DNA from: Selaginella moellendorffii
Lineage: Eukaryota > Plantae > Lycopodiophyta
Direction of reading: 5' to 3'
Assembly: GCF_000143415.4 (NCBI RefSeq)
Contig: NW_003314287.1
Span: 518,203 to 582,202 of the forward strand
Length of the DNA: 64,000 nt
The notes under the pieces are model-generated. The model was given only the letters and a program-made list of their open reading frames with translations, made no database searches and had not been told where the DNA came from. This document shows, piece by piece, positions 48,780 to 62,247 of the stretch (positions within the stretch are counted from its first letter, which is position 1; each line of letters opens with the position of its first letter). The translations under genes and the position numbers were made by a program.

Positions 48780-49606
48780 AAAAATGCCATCTTGGTTCCT
48801 TTAGTGAGTTGTCCTCTCATGAAGACTAAGTTTAAGTAGAGGTCTTTAGCCTTATATTCACTTATCTTTAGATCTTGGGCCTCCACTTTAGATCATTCTC
48901 CTTGGGTATTTACTAATACCACCAAGTTTTTATCTTGCCCATGCAAGGTTATCACAAACCGATTGAACTAATTCATCCCAAAGATCATATCAAATCCTGT
49001 AGTGTCAAAAATGGTGAAATCCATGTCCATTTTTTATATCCTTACTTTTATTCTTGTTTGTTGAAGTACCTCATTGGTGCTTTGGGTACCTTAAAAAAAC
49101 TCTATAGTCCTTGGTTTTCCTAACCATAGCACCATTAGTCCAGCTTGTTAGACTATACCTACAACTACAAAATTATCCAAAGCACTCATGCTAATAAAAA
49201 TCTTAACAAAGTTACCTTCGAGCTTCCCTGAGAGTGTTAGTAAATGTTGTGAATGGATCTCTACTAAAGTTACTCATGTAATGAGTATAATTTTCAGTTA
49301 GAGACTGGATCACATACCTTAGTTTCGCCTTCATCCTACTTAATGGCCATATTAACTCTGGCCTTTTCTGGGTAGGGATATTCTCTCAAGTGTCCCACTT
49401 CACCATAATTGAACTATATGTTGTTCTCTATACTATTAGTAGACTTGATTTTCTTATTGTTGGATTTGTCCCTTTTCACCTAAGTCCTTTATGTACTTGC
49501 TGTTTGGCCATTAGATTTGCTTTCCAAACCTTGAGGATTCATTCTTTGAGAAACTCTTTAAAAATTTCCCTTTTCCATGGATCTTTTGCTAAATATGACT
49601 CAAACC
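48780..49606 (-). mobile_element. Older decayed gag/protease of a family-W relative (host of the 49607 insertion)
   Basis: Aligns with 54760-55560; related gag sequence resumes at ~57600-58085. Confidence 0.65.
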
Positions 49607-52600
49607 TGTAAGCCACAAATTTTTCCTTTCCAATTTGCCAGTTTACCTCGTCTATCCAATCAACACCGCCTTGGCTTTAGCTAAGTTCCCTTGCTAAGGT
49701 TCCTGCCTATTGTACCAGCTCCTACTTGGTCCTACTTAGTTTCAGCTACTCACTATACGAGTAATAGAGCATTAGCCATCCATCCACAAGTTCCCAAATC
49801 TCTCCCAATCCCCCTTCCCAGGTTAGACTGTACTTAAGCTTCAGCTACACTCCCCACAAGCACAACCAGCCAAGCACACCAAGCCTCCAGGTTCCTAACA
49901 TCCCTTGGTATAACAAAACTTGATCATGGGACCCTCTAAATCCCAAGCTTTAGTGCAACACTTGCTTTGGGACACCAAGGCAAAACACCGTGGCCTAACG
50001 GCCCAATATGGGCACCTCTACCCCCCCACTTCCATCCTAAAGGGAAGGCCCAAGCCCCTAAGAAGGGCGAGGACCAATGAGCTGTAAGGTGCTCAAGTGG
50101 GGCACCACTCCACATGAGCCACGAGCACCACAGTCGGTTTCCCTTTTGGAAGTGGGAGCTGCTCTTGAGCATTTCCTTGGGTGACCCCTCCAGCACCACC
50201 AAAGTCCATGCTCACACCCACTCAAGGCCCCTCAGCCCCAATCTCAACCTCAAGTCAGTTTGGAAGCACCATTGGAGAGTTCCTTCAAGATTGGTTCCTA
50301 GACCTCACTATCCTTACTATACTTTTGGTACCCCCTACAGCCCCCCCCTCCCCCCCCCTTGGGAGATACACGGTTTGGGCTTTCACCCCTTGACTTAGTC
50401 TTGGACTCAATCTTGGACTTGATCTCAGACCCGACTTTAGACTTGGTCTCGGACTTGATCTCAGACCCAATCTCAGACTTGACCTCAGACTCGATCTCGG
50501 ACTCTATCTCAAACTCAGTCTCCAACTCAATCTCTAAGTCAGCCTTAGACTCCATCCTGGACTCTATCTTGAACTCAGTCTCAGTGTCGGTCTTGGACTC
50601 GATCTTAGACTCGGTCCCATCCGATGAACTCTTTGTCATTTCAGTCATGCTTTCGGGGATCCTTTAGCCTATGACCCTCGAGGAGTTGGTTCCTTACAAC
50701 TCCACCACCCATAGAAGAAGTTCGATGCCCACAACATCTCTCGAACATCTCTTTTTATCTTATGACTTGTTGACCATGTCTCCTGGGGCATCCCCCCACT
50801 TAGCAGTGTGCCTAAGTTAGCCTCTCTGGCCAAGAGCCCATGACAATGGAATATAAGTGTCCCTATACCCCTCATCTCACCATGCCCTAGTATGGGGTCG
50901 GGACTTGAACCTAGCCTTGCTTTACTATGGGGTTGGGACTTAAACTCAACCTTCGTAGAATACATCTACAGATTCAACATCCCCGTGGGGAGTCGGGCGT
51001 AGTGCCCTATGCCTGGTCTACCTAGCTAACCCATGCTAAATAGCTTACCTTCGGCGCGCCTTTGGGTCCCAACATATGCCATTGCTCAACTTCATAAATT
51101 GATACTTTAATTGAACTTTGCATAAGTATATAGAGTTCTGCCTTGCAGAAATTCCCCCATTAGATCTCGCGCATTTGCTAGGTTCTCCTTTGGTTCCCAT
51201 GTTGCTTCACAGTGTGGAAATCCATTCCACTTCACATGGAATTCTCTCACCTCGCGTCCTTGTTGCTTGCTCTTGCGCGCATTGAGGATGGCCTCGACTT
51301 CATATTCCTCTTCCCCAGGTAAATGTCTTACTTGGTCCTTGCAAAGCAGATCCTCAAAGTACGGCTTGAGTAAGTTCATGTGGAACATTGGATGCATCTT
51401 CCCCAACTCTCGAGGAAGTCAGAGGCGGTAAGCCACTTTACCGATTCATGTCTCAATCTCGTAAGGCCCCACGAACCTGCTTAAGGAACTCAAGATCAAT
51501 TCATTTCCAGAAATATATGCATTTTTACCTTTGGGTCAACTTCCAACTAATCCCACCTGGTAGCCTGAGGTTCTTGGTGTTCAGCCACACTTTCTCCCTA
51601 GCTTGGAACTCTACATCCCGATACTTTTGGTTCGCATACTTGGTTTGCCTTTGTTGAGCCCGTTCCAAGGAATTCCTCACTAGATTCCAAATGTTGAGTT
51701 TTTCTACCGTGAATGCCTCCACTGCGGGTAACTCTCCATGATACTCGACCACACCGAGTTCCACAGGACCTTCAATAACTCACCCATTGATGATTTCCCA
51801 TGGACTCACCCTGATACTCGAGTGTGGTGAGTTGTTATAACACATTTCCACAAGTCCCAAATGACTTACCTAATCGGTCTGTATAAGCAACCAAAGGGAA
51901 CGACTTGAGAGACGATCCGTTGGGGTTCAAATATAGAGGGAAAGGGCCCATGAACAAGAGTGCACCCCCTTTTCCAATCGGTTGAGGATCTTGGGATACT
52001 TGAGGTTAAGCGTCCTTCGGTTTGAATAGTACCCGGATGGGTGACCTCCCGGGAGCTCCAAACTCAGGAGCTTACACGGGTCCCAGGTCCGACTCTATTG
52101 GTTGGCTAGGGGAATCACACCACATGTTGATTGACATTTAGCTGGTCCAGTTTGCTCCCACTGGGCTTGACCCGAGGGGCAGGGTGTCAAGAGAGCAAGG
52201 CTCTGGGGAGAGTTGCGGCTCTCAACTTCCGTTCACGAGGGTGTGAACTTGCAGGGAAGCGTGGTGAATTGTAAGCAACCAAAGGGAACGACTTGAGAGA
52301 CGATCCATTAGGGTTCAAATATAGAGGGAAAGGGCCCATGAACAAGAATGCACCCCCTTTTCCAATTGGTTAAGAGTCTTAGGATATTTGGGGTTAAGTG
52401 TCCTTGGGTTTAAATAGTACTGGGCTGGGTGATCTCCCGGGAAGTCTAAACTCAGGAGTTTATAGTTTGGTCTCCCAAGACATAGCATTGCAAATAATCC
52501 TCCAACTGCCTATTCACCTTTTCCGTTTGACAATGTCTGTCTGTCAAGAAGTGTTAGTGCCATTAAACTTGACTATTCACCCTTTCTGTTTGTCTGTCTG

Positions 52601-55600
52601 TCAAGAAGTGTTAGTGCCATTAAACTTGCTTAATATCCAATACCTGTCTATGGGTGATAGGCTTTGTTGAATTTCAACTTGGTGCGATACTGTTCCAAGA
52701 GAGTTCTCTAGAACCTATTGGTGAAGATCTTATCTTGATCTAAAATGATCTCTTCTGGCCCTCCCCGCACTCGAACTACTTGTTTGAAAAATAACTTCGC
52801 CACACCGTCCACATTCACTTCCGTTGTGGTGGGTATGAAATGTGCCATCTTTGAAAATCGGTCCACCACCACGAATATTGCATCAAACCCCTCACTTGGG
52901 ATGAAGTCCATCGTAAGACATTTCCACGGACAATCTGGAATTGGGATGCTTTGTAACAAGCCCCCACTAGCCTTATTCACGGCTTTAACCTACTGACATG
53001 TTGGACATGTCTTTATATAGTCTTGGACGTCCTTAGCCATCCCTGGCCAGTGGTACTTCCTTTTGAGTAAACCCATTGTCTTGGGCACTTTGCCGTGTCC
53101 CGCAAGAGGTCCGTTATGACACTCTTCTAAGGCTACCTTCCTTAGTTCCCCTTCTGGAATATACACCCTCATTTGCTTGTAATAGATGAGTCCATTGTGT
53201 TCCACATAGCCCGTTTTCTCTTCCGTTGGTAGCTCACCTTTCTAGTGAGCTTCCTGTGCCTCCAGATTCCTTAGCAACACTTCTTGTGCTAAACCATCAT
53301 TCTTATATGCTGTCCACACGTCATCCCAAAAGGTTGTTATTGCGCTGGATATCACTAACTTAAAGCTCACTTTTCGACTTAGTGCATCCGCCACGACGTT
53401 GCTCTTCCTAAGCTTGTACAAAATCTTGCAATCAAACTCGGCCAAAGCATTGGCCCACCGACCCTGTTTCCCTCTTAGGTTGGGCTGTGACAAAAAATGT
53501 TTTGTTGCCACATTGTCTGTATAAACCTTAAAGTGTCTCCCAAGGTAGTGTTGCCACTCCTTGAATGCCTTGACCACCACAAACAATTCCTTCTTATGGG
53601 CAGGCCACTTCCGTTGAGTCTTGTCCAACTTCTTTGAGAAGAACGCTACTGGATGGTTGTCTTGCTTCAAAATTGCACCCAATGCAAAGTCTAAAGCATC
53701 CATTTCTACCTCAAAGTCTTTACTAAAGTTTAGTAATGCCAACATGAGAGCCTTCCTCAACTTCCCTTTGAGGTGGACAAATGCCACTTTGCATTCTACT
53801 GTTTATACCATCTTCCCTTTTCCCGTTTGGTCCGTTAAGGGTAGAGTTACTCTCAAATAGTGTTTGATAAACTTTCGGTAGTAGTTGCATAGCCCCAAGA
53901 ATGCCCTTAACTCGTGTACATTCGATGGTCGCTCCCAATCCTAGATCGCTTGGACCTTCTCAAGGTCCACCTTGAGCCCGTCCTTACCCACCACATGCCC
54001 GAGAAACTTTACCTCTTGTTAAGCAAAGTCACATTTATTCTCTTTAGCATACAACTAGTGTTCCCTTAATTTCTCAAACACCTTCATCAAGTGTTCGACA
54101 TGCTCCTCTAGCGTTTCACTATAGATCAGGATGTCATTAATGTAGACGACTATGAAGTGATCCAAATAGGGTATAAAGATGTGGTTCATCAACGCCAAAA
54201 ACATTGCTGGTGCATTGCACAGCCCAAAGGGCATCACTAGAAACTCAAAGCTCCCATACTTTGTCTAACAAGTTGTCTTCTCAACATCTTCCTCTGCTAC
54301 CCTAATTTGGTAGTATCCTAACCTTAGGTCAGTATTTTGCTTTTCCCAACCTATTGAATAGGTCCTCAATCCTTGGCAAATGGTATTTGTTCTTCTTTGT
54401 ATACTTGTTAAACAACTGATAGTTTATGCACATGCGCATAGATCCATCTTTCTTTTTCACAAATAACACTAGCGCCCTATATAGCGACTTGCTCAACTTA
54501 ACATACCCTTTGTCCACCAACTCCTCTAGTTGGTGCTTAAGCTCCTTGAGTTCTTTTTTGTTCAAATGATAGGGGGGATGAACCACTGCCTCAACACCCT
54601 TGACCAGCTCAATTTTATGTTCTATCAGTCGTGCAAGGGGCAACCCCACCGGTACCTCCTTCGGCATGGTATCCTGGAATTGGTCCAACACCCACTGTAT
54701 CACTAAAGGTACTTCTGTTCCCATCTTTTTGTCACTCATCACCGAGAGTAAGCACAAAAATGTTGCCTTAGTTCCTTTAGTGAGTTGTCCTCTCATGGAC
54801 ACCATGTTTAGGCAGGAATCTTTAGCCTTGCATTGCCCTACCTTTAGATCCTAGGCCTCCACCCTGGATCTTCTTCCTTGGGCATTCGCTAGTACCACAA
54901 CGTTCTTACCTTGGCTATGCAGAGGCTACCACGAACCAATTGAACCAATTCATCTCGAAGATCACGTTAAATCCTGCCATGTCCAACACGGTGAAATCCA
55001 TGTCTACTTTCCATGTCCCTACTTCGACTCTCGCTTGTTGAAGTACCTCATCAATGCTTTGGCTACCTTGAACAAACTCTATAGTCCTTGGTTCGCCCAA
55101 CTGCTGCACCATTAGTCCGGCTTGCCAGACTATGTCTGCAGCCATAAAATTATCCGAAGCACCCATGTCAATAAGGATAAAGTAAACAAAGCTACCTCCG
55201 AGCTTCCCTCGGAGGGCTAGTAAATGTCGTGAATGACTCTCTACCAAATTTGCTAGTGTAATGAGTAACTTTGAGCTAGGCATTGGATCACATACCTTAA
55301 TTTGAATTTCACCCGACTTAATAGCCATATTGGCTCTGGCCTTCTTCGAGTAGGGACATTCCCTTGAAAAGTGTCCTGCTTCACCGCAGTTGTAGCATAC
55401 GTTGTTTCCCATGCTGCTAACTAACTTGCTCTTCTTATCTGTGGGTTTGTCTCTTTTTGTTTAACTCCCCCACGTACTTGCTCACTGGCCACAGGATTTG
55501 CCTTTCCGGAACCCCGAGGACTCATTCTTAGAGAAACTCTTCTTGAATTTCCCTTTGTTATGCATTCCCCTTGGTTTGGCCCCTTTGCTAAACGTGGACC

Positions 55601-57490
55601 CCGACCCCGTCGTGTTCCCCTTTCGCAGGTTATCGTTGAAATGCACCTTGATTGCCACATCCAACGCTTCTTTGTAGTTAGTCGGGTTCCAACGCATCAC
55701 CTCACTGTGAGCCCAGGTTTGCAAGCCTGATATGAAGGCATGGAATGCATCCATATCCCCCATGTCCGTGACCAGTATCCTCTTTGCCATAAACCCATTC
55801 ACATACTCCTGAATGGTTCTAGTCTGCTTTAGCCTACTCAGTTCGTCTTTTAGATGCAAAGTAGCATTCGGAGGAATGTAAGTCGTGCGGATCCTTGCCT
55901 TCATCATTTCCCAAGTGGCCACCAGTCCTTCGTTAGCCTCTGTCATTCTCCACCAAGACTTGGCATTATCTGCCAAGTATGTTTTTGCACATGGGACTTT
56001 CTGTGAGCTCGGTAACTGCAACGCTTGGAAGTAGTCCTCCATATCATAAAACCAATCCTCCACCACCTTATAGTCATTCACTCCCTTGAAGACCAGTGGG
56101 GGCTTTGGTTTGTACTTGGGAACTGCCTAAGGGACTGATTCCACTTTGGTCTGTTCGACCTTGTTTAGTTTTGCCTCAATCCCTGCCGAAGGGTCCGCAT
56201 CTTCTACCTTGCCAGCATCCGCAGTCTTTTGCCTTTTCTTTGCTTCTTGTCACGCTTTAGCTTTCGTATGAGAGTCTCCAGTAGGGCATTGGTTTGTGCT
56301 AATTGTCCTTCTAAAACGTCCAATCGAGCCTTGGACAACCAAACCTTACCACCTGACTCCTGTTTGGAAGTTTCCTTACTAGAGTCCTCCTCATGCAAGG
56401 ATTCCTCATTCATAGCCTCTTGTTCGACCAAAGGCTCCAGCTCTAGAGAAGGTTCCGTTTCCGCCTTGATTTTTTTTTGCCCTACCTTTGCCATCTCCCA
56501 GCAATCCACCTCTATCCTTTGCTAGAACTGAGGAAAAAGCTCTGATACCAAATTGTAAGCCACAAATTTTTCCTTTCCAATTTGCCAACTTACCTCGTCT
56601 ATCCGACCAACACCGCCTTGGCTTTAGCTAAGTTCCTTCGCTAAGGTTCCCGCCTATTGTACCAGCTCCTCCTTGATCCTATTTAGTTTCAGCTACTCAT
56701 TGCATGAGCAACGGAGCGTTAGCCATCCATCCACGGATTCCCAAATCTCTCCCAATCCCCCTCCCCGGGTTAAACTGGACTTAAGGTTCGGCTACACTCC
56801 CCATAGGCAAAAGTAGCCAAGCACACCAAGCCTTCAGGTTCCTAACATCCCTTGGTACAACAAGACTTAATCATGAGACCCTCTAAATCCCAAGCTTTGG
56901 GTGCAACACTTGCTTCGGGACACTAGGGCGAAACACTGTGGCCTAATGCCCCGGTATGAGTACCTCTACCCCTCCACTTCCATCCCGAAGGGAAGTCCCA
57001 AGCCCCTAGGAAGGGCGAGGACCAATGAGCTATAAGGTACTCAAGTGGGGCACCACTCCACATGAGTTGGGAGCACTGCAGTCGGTTTCCCTTTTGGAAG
57101 TGGGAGCTGCTCTTGAGCACTTCCTTGGGTGACCCCTCTGGCACCACCTGAGTCATGCTCACTCCCACTCAAGGCCCCTTAGCCCCAGTCTCAACCTCAA
57201 GTCAGTTTGGAAGCACCACTGGAGAGTTCCTTCAAGACTAGTTCCTGGACCTTATATCCCTACTATACTTTTGGACTCGATCTCAGGCCCAACTTCGGAA
57301 TCGGTCTCGAACTTGATCTCGGACCCAATCTCGGACTCGACTTTGGACTCGACCTTGGACTCGGTCTCGGACCCGATCTCAGACTCGAATTTGGACTCGA
57401 CCTCGGACTCGGTCTCGGACCTGATCCCGGATCTCAGACTCTGTCTTGAACTCAATCTCGAACTCGGTCTCCGAGTCGGCCTCGGACTCA
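49607..57490 (-). mobile_element. Near full-length degenerate chromovirus (LTR family W)
   Basis: 3' LTR 49607-50698, 5' LTR 56554-~57490 (truncated), tRNA-iMet PBS TGGTATCAGAGC at 56550-56539, PPT next to 50699. Gag (CYNCGEAGHFSREC), PR, RT, RH, IN and chromodomain 51107-51406. Confidence 0.93.
51882..52464 (+). mobile_element. Cassandra-type TRIM with 5S rRNA-derived LTR segment
   Basis: 195-bp LTRs at 51882-52076 and 52270-52464, 193-bp interior, TSD GTCTG/GTTTG. Each LTR has GTTAAGCGT...TAGTAC...GGATGGGTGACCTCCCGGGA, matching the 5S rRNA internal A/IE/C boxes. Confidence 0.92.
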
Positions 57491-58089
57491 AATAAACTCT
57501 TAAACTCTAAACTACTTAAATATACTCAATTCATCCCTTATATGCAAAGTAGCATTCGAGGGAACATAAGTTGTATAGATCCTCGCTTTTATCACTTCCC
57601 AAGTGGTCACCAGTCTTTCATTAGCCTCTATTGTTCTCCACCAAAACTTAGTATTATTTTCTAAGTATGGTTTTGCATATGGGACCATTTCTGAGCTTAG
57701 TAATCATAATGCTCGAAAGTAATCCTCCATATCATAAAATTAATTCTCCACTATCTTATAGTCATTCACTCCCTTGAAGACTAATGGGGGCTTTGGTTTA
57801 TACTTGGGAACTTCTTGAGGGATTGACTCTACTTTGGTTTTCCTAACTTTGTTTAGTCTTACTTCAATGCTCGCCAAAGAGTCCATACCTTCTGCATTGC
57901 TAGCATTTACAATCTTTTGCCTTTTTTTTTTGCTTCTTGTCATGCTTTAACTTGTGTATAAAGGTCTTTAGTTAGGCATTGATTTGTGTCAATTCTCCTT
58001 CCAGAGCATCCAATTGAGCTTTGAATGACAAAACCTTACCACTAGACTTATGTTTAAAAGTCTCTTCACTAGAATCCTCCTTATGTGTG

Positions 58090-59224
58090 TAGTAAGTAAT
58101 TGAACCTAAGTAGAACCAAGCTGGAGTTGGTACGATAGCTAGGAAATTTGGCAACGACACTTAACAAAGGCCAAGACAAAGGTGGTCAGATAGACAAGGT
58201 AAACTGGTAAATTAGCAAAATAAAATTTATAGCTTATAATCTGGTATCATAGTGCATTTTCTTTAGTTCTAGCGAAAGATAGGGGTGGATTGCTAAGAGA
58301 TGGCTAAACATTAAAGCAGAGACAAAACCTCCTTTAAAAATGGAACCTTATGTTAAACAGGAAGTTGTGGATGAGGAACCCCTGAGCAATAGAGTGTTAG
58401 CCAACTCTTCATAGGTTCCCAAACCCTCTCTCAATCCCCTCCTCGGTTACACTAAACTTAAAGTTTAGTTACACTCCTTGTAGTCATAAGTAGCCAAGCA
58501 CACTAAACCTCTAGATTCCTAACAAACTTGAGTACTATAAGGCTCATTAATCCTTACCTCTTTTTAGGGGCTTATGCCTTCCCTTCATGATGGAGGTGGG
58601 GAGTTAAGGTAGGCCAGTAAACCATGGTGTTTCCCCCTAGTATCTTAGACTAATAAATACATATAAGGTTTGGGATTTAAAAAGTCTTATGATCAAGTCT
58701 TGTGTACTATAGAAGGGCACCACTCCACCGAAGTCGAGAGCACCCAGTTGGCTTCCTTTCTAAGAGCAAGAGCTACTCTTAAGCACTTTCTTGAAGAACC
58801 TCTCTGGCACTCTTGAAGCCCATACTCACTCCCTAAGGCTACTAACCCTTAATCTTAACCCCAACTTAGTTTGGAAGCACCATTAGAAAACTCCTTCAAG
58901 ACTAGGTCTAGGTCTTAGCCTCACTATCCTTATTGTTTTTACCCCCCCCCCCCCCCCCCCCCTCTCTCTCAGGGGACAATCACTTTGGGCTTTCACCCTA
59001 TGACTTATATTAATACTTATATTCGGTCTCAGTCTCCAACCTGATCTCAAAATCAATCTTGGATCTTAGACTTGATCTCAAACTCGATCTTGAACTCAGT
59101 TTCAAACTCAGTTTCAGACTCGATTTTAGACTTGGTTTTATCCAATAAACTCTTTATCATTCCAATTGTGGTTTTCCAATAGGGAACTTTTAACCTATAA
59201 CACTTGAGGAGTTGTTTCCTTATA
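58090..59224. mobile_element. Decayed LTR W fragments (inverted LTR end with PBS, then a same-orientation copy)
   Basis: 58090-58300 is an inverted LTR-W end followed by TGGTATCA. 58385-59224 aligns with 49760-50698. Confidence 0.7.
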
Positions 59225-60730
59225 AGTTTTTGTCACTAACTAAGGCAAAACACAACAAGATAAAAACTCTTTATTGGGCCAAATATATTTAGTTAATAGC
59301 AAGTTTATCTTCTAAGTACACTCGAAATGCCCAATTAATTATATTAGCACAAGAGTGATTGATAAAGGATCTAGTAATACTAATTTTTTGTCGTCCTAGC
59401 AATAAAAGAAGAATATTTAAAAGGACTTACAAACAGATATTTTTTATACCCACAATCATATTTACGACATCTCCATCCATTATGATAGTAAGGAGAGAGT
59501 GTCTTGGTTGACAAGTATCTTTCGATATTTAAAATCACATTCCCCGAACTTTACTATCATATTTGTTTGGCCTCATTATATCAAGGTTAAATGTTCTATT
59601 TAGACCTTTTATGTTTATCCTTATTTCACAATCCATGTTTCTCCACTATTATATCCACCCATCTTCACTCCATTCTTGAGACTAAACTCCAATCCATCCC
59701 TTTTACCCTTCCACCTCTCCTCCAAAGGAAAAACAAGTTTGAAGCCATTTGGGCAAAGAGGAGGAAATTAGAAAATTGAGAAAGAAATACTGTAGAAGAA
59801 GAAAAAATGGATAAAGGAACATTGGAAGAGGAATTTTTAGTAGTTGTCANNNNNNNNNNNNNNNNNNNNNNNNNNNNNNNNNNNNNNNNNNNNNNNNNNN
59901 NNNNNNNNNNNNNNNNNNNNNNNNNNNNNNNNNNNNNNNNNNNNNNNNNNNNNNNNNNNNNNNNNNNNNNNNNNNNNNNNNNNNNNNNNNNNNNNNNNNN
60001 NNNNNNNNNNNNNNNNNNNNNNNNNNNNNNNNNNNNNNNNNNNNNNNNNNNNNNNNNNNNNNNNNNNNNNNNNNNNNNNNNNNNNNNNNNNNNNNNNNNN
60101 NNNNNNNNNNNNNNNNNNNNNNNNNNNNNNNNNNNNNNNNNNNNNNNNNNNNNNNNNNNNNNNNNNNNNNNNNNNNNNNNNNNNNNNNNNNNNNNNNNNN
60201 NNNNNNNNNNNNNNNNNNNNNNNNNNNNNNNNNNNNNNNNNNNNNNNNNNNNNNNNNNNNNNNNNNNNNNNNNNNNNNNNNNNNNNNNNNNNNNNNNNNN
60301 NNNNNNNNNNNNNNNNNNNNNNNNNNNNNNNNNNNNNNNNNNNNNNNNNNNNNNNNNNNNNNNNNNNNNNNNNNNNNNNNNNNNNNNNNNNNNNNNNNNN
60401 NNNNNNNNNNNNNNNNNNNNNNNNNNNNNNNNNNNNNNNNNNNNNNNNNNNNNNNNNNNNNNNNNNNNNNNNNNNACACAATTCAACATTTAATATAGGA
60501 AATTGGGAAAATTAATAAAAATAAGTCTACACTCTCAAGGGTACACATAAAATCCTAAGAAATAATGGAAAAACAAAGGTTTTCAACAGTATTAATACCT
60601 AGGGAAACACATTTAACCCAAAACTCTAGCAAAAATTATTAAACCTTAGAATAGAGGAATACTCAACACTAAAATTGATCAAAAACTTTTCTAATAAAAA
60701 AAAGTAAAATTCTCAACTTTATGCACATAT

Positions 60731-61381
60731 TCAATAGAAAACACTTAACTCAACACTAAATTGAGAATGAACATCATAACAATCACAAATGATTGACATG
60801 TTAAAAGAATGAAATATTGCAAATGAGGAAGAAATACTAAGAATATAAAAAGATAGTCCATGCTGAAAAATAAAAAGAGGTTGAGAAAGAACAAAATACA
60901 AAAAAAAAGGATCAAATGGTAAATTGAAAGATTGATACTTACCCCATGAAATTTCTAACTCGTCTTCAAAACTATCCTTAAAATATTCAAATTCTTTATC
61001 AACAAGAATCCACTTAAACTCATAAATATTATCTTCCCATAAATTTGATTCTTGAACATTCTCCAAAAACCAGATTACATCATCTATAACTCTTCAATTG
61101 ATATCATAATCACATTCTATATCAGTAGGAGATGTTAGAACATTAAAAATATGAGAAGCTATGTAATCATGTCCCAAAGAAGCTAGAGATAGCAATACAC
61201 TAAGGACTGAAATAACACTAATATGATCACACCTAACAACACCAAAAGCTTGATTTAACAAAGTAGTTTCAGTAGCTTTAATTAATATACTCCTTGATGA
61301 ATAACAGTGTGAAAAAGGGAGATTAGACAGAATAGTAAATTTAAGCATAAAAATAGCTAGAATTCTAGATCTAGTGTTCAA
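60731..61381 (-). pseudogene. AT-rich reading frame of unknown function with one internal TGA
   Basis: ORFs 61381-61094 and 61066-60731 are in the same frame, separated only by one TGA and 9 sense codons. Confidence 0.3.
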
Positions 61382-61739
61382 AATTGTTCTTTTTATTCTT
61401 ATTCTTTTGTTCTTTTTTAGATTTAGATTTGTATTAAATTTTTGCTGAGCAAATCACTACCAAAAAACTTTGCCTAAAGATAAATTATAATGCCCCAATG
61501 TGAGTGCTCAAAATATGGGAATATGTATTTTAGTTAGGGTTTAAACAACTATGTATATACAAGAATGGATGAATCAAATTTTCCCAAATAAATGGTCTAT
61601 ATGCTAAAGTATTATAATTAGTGTATTACTAAAAAAAAAGTAAAATTCTCAACTTTATGCACATATTCAATAGAAAACACTTAACTCAACACTAAATTGA
61701 GAATGAATATCATAACAATCACAAATGATTGACATTTGT

Positions 61740-62005
61740 GATATATACACATACATACATATATTTTTATGCTTAAATGTATATGTGTATATGTATATGT
61801 ATGTATATTTGTATATGTGTATATGTATGTATATGTGTATATGTATATATGTGTATATGTATGTATATGTGTATATGTATATATGTATATATGTATATGT
61901 ATATGTATATATATATATATATGTATATATATATGTATATGTATATGTATATATATATATGTATATGTATATATATGTATATGTATATGTATATATATAT
62001 GTATT
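61740..62005. repeat. (TA)n/(TATATG)n microsatellite
   Basis: Direct inspection. Confidence 0.97.
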
Positions 62006-62247
62006 TATAGACCTTAAAAATTGAGGAATTGGCATATATATGCTATAATTGAATGAATAGACTGTAACGTCAAAGAAAACAAACTTTATTATAATGACTT
62101 TTAGTGTTCTTACTTTTGCTTTATGAAAGAATACAGTTAATAAGTGAAAATGGAAATTCACTTTAAACACAATCTAGAATATTTATAACAAAGTTAGGAG
62201 TTTATAATTAATAGCTCTTCTAAAATATTTTTTATTATTAACTTAAA

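Noticed and set aside
52000-52060. 5S rRNA gene
   Set aside because: Only the internal promoter portion is present, and it is embedded in LTRs with TSDs.
59665-60515. Long ORFs
   Set aside because: Artefacts of translating the N gap; the same applies to ORFs spanning the gap at 1207-1305.
61667-62170. Y/I/M/C-rich proteins
   Set aside because: Translations of a TA-rich microsatellite.
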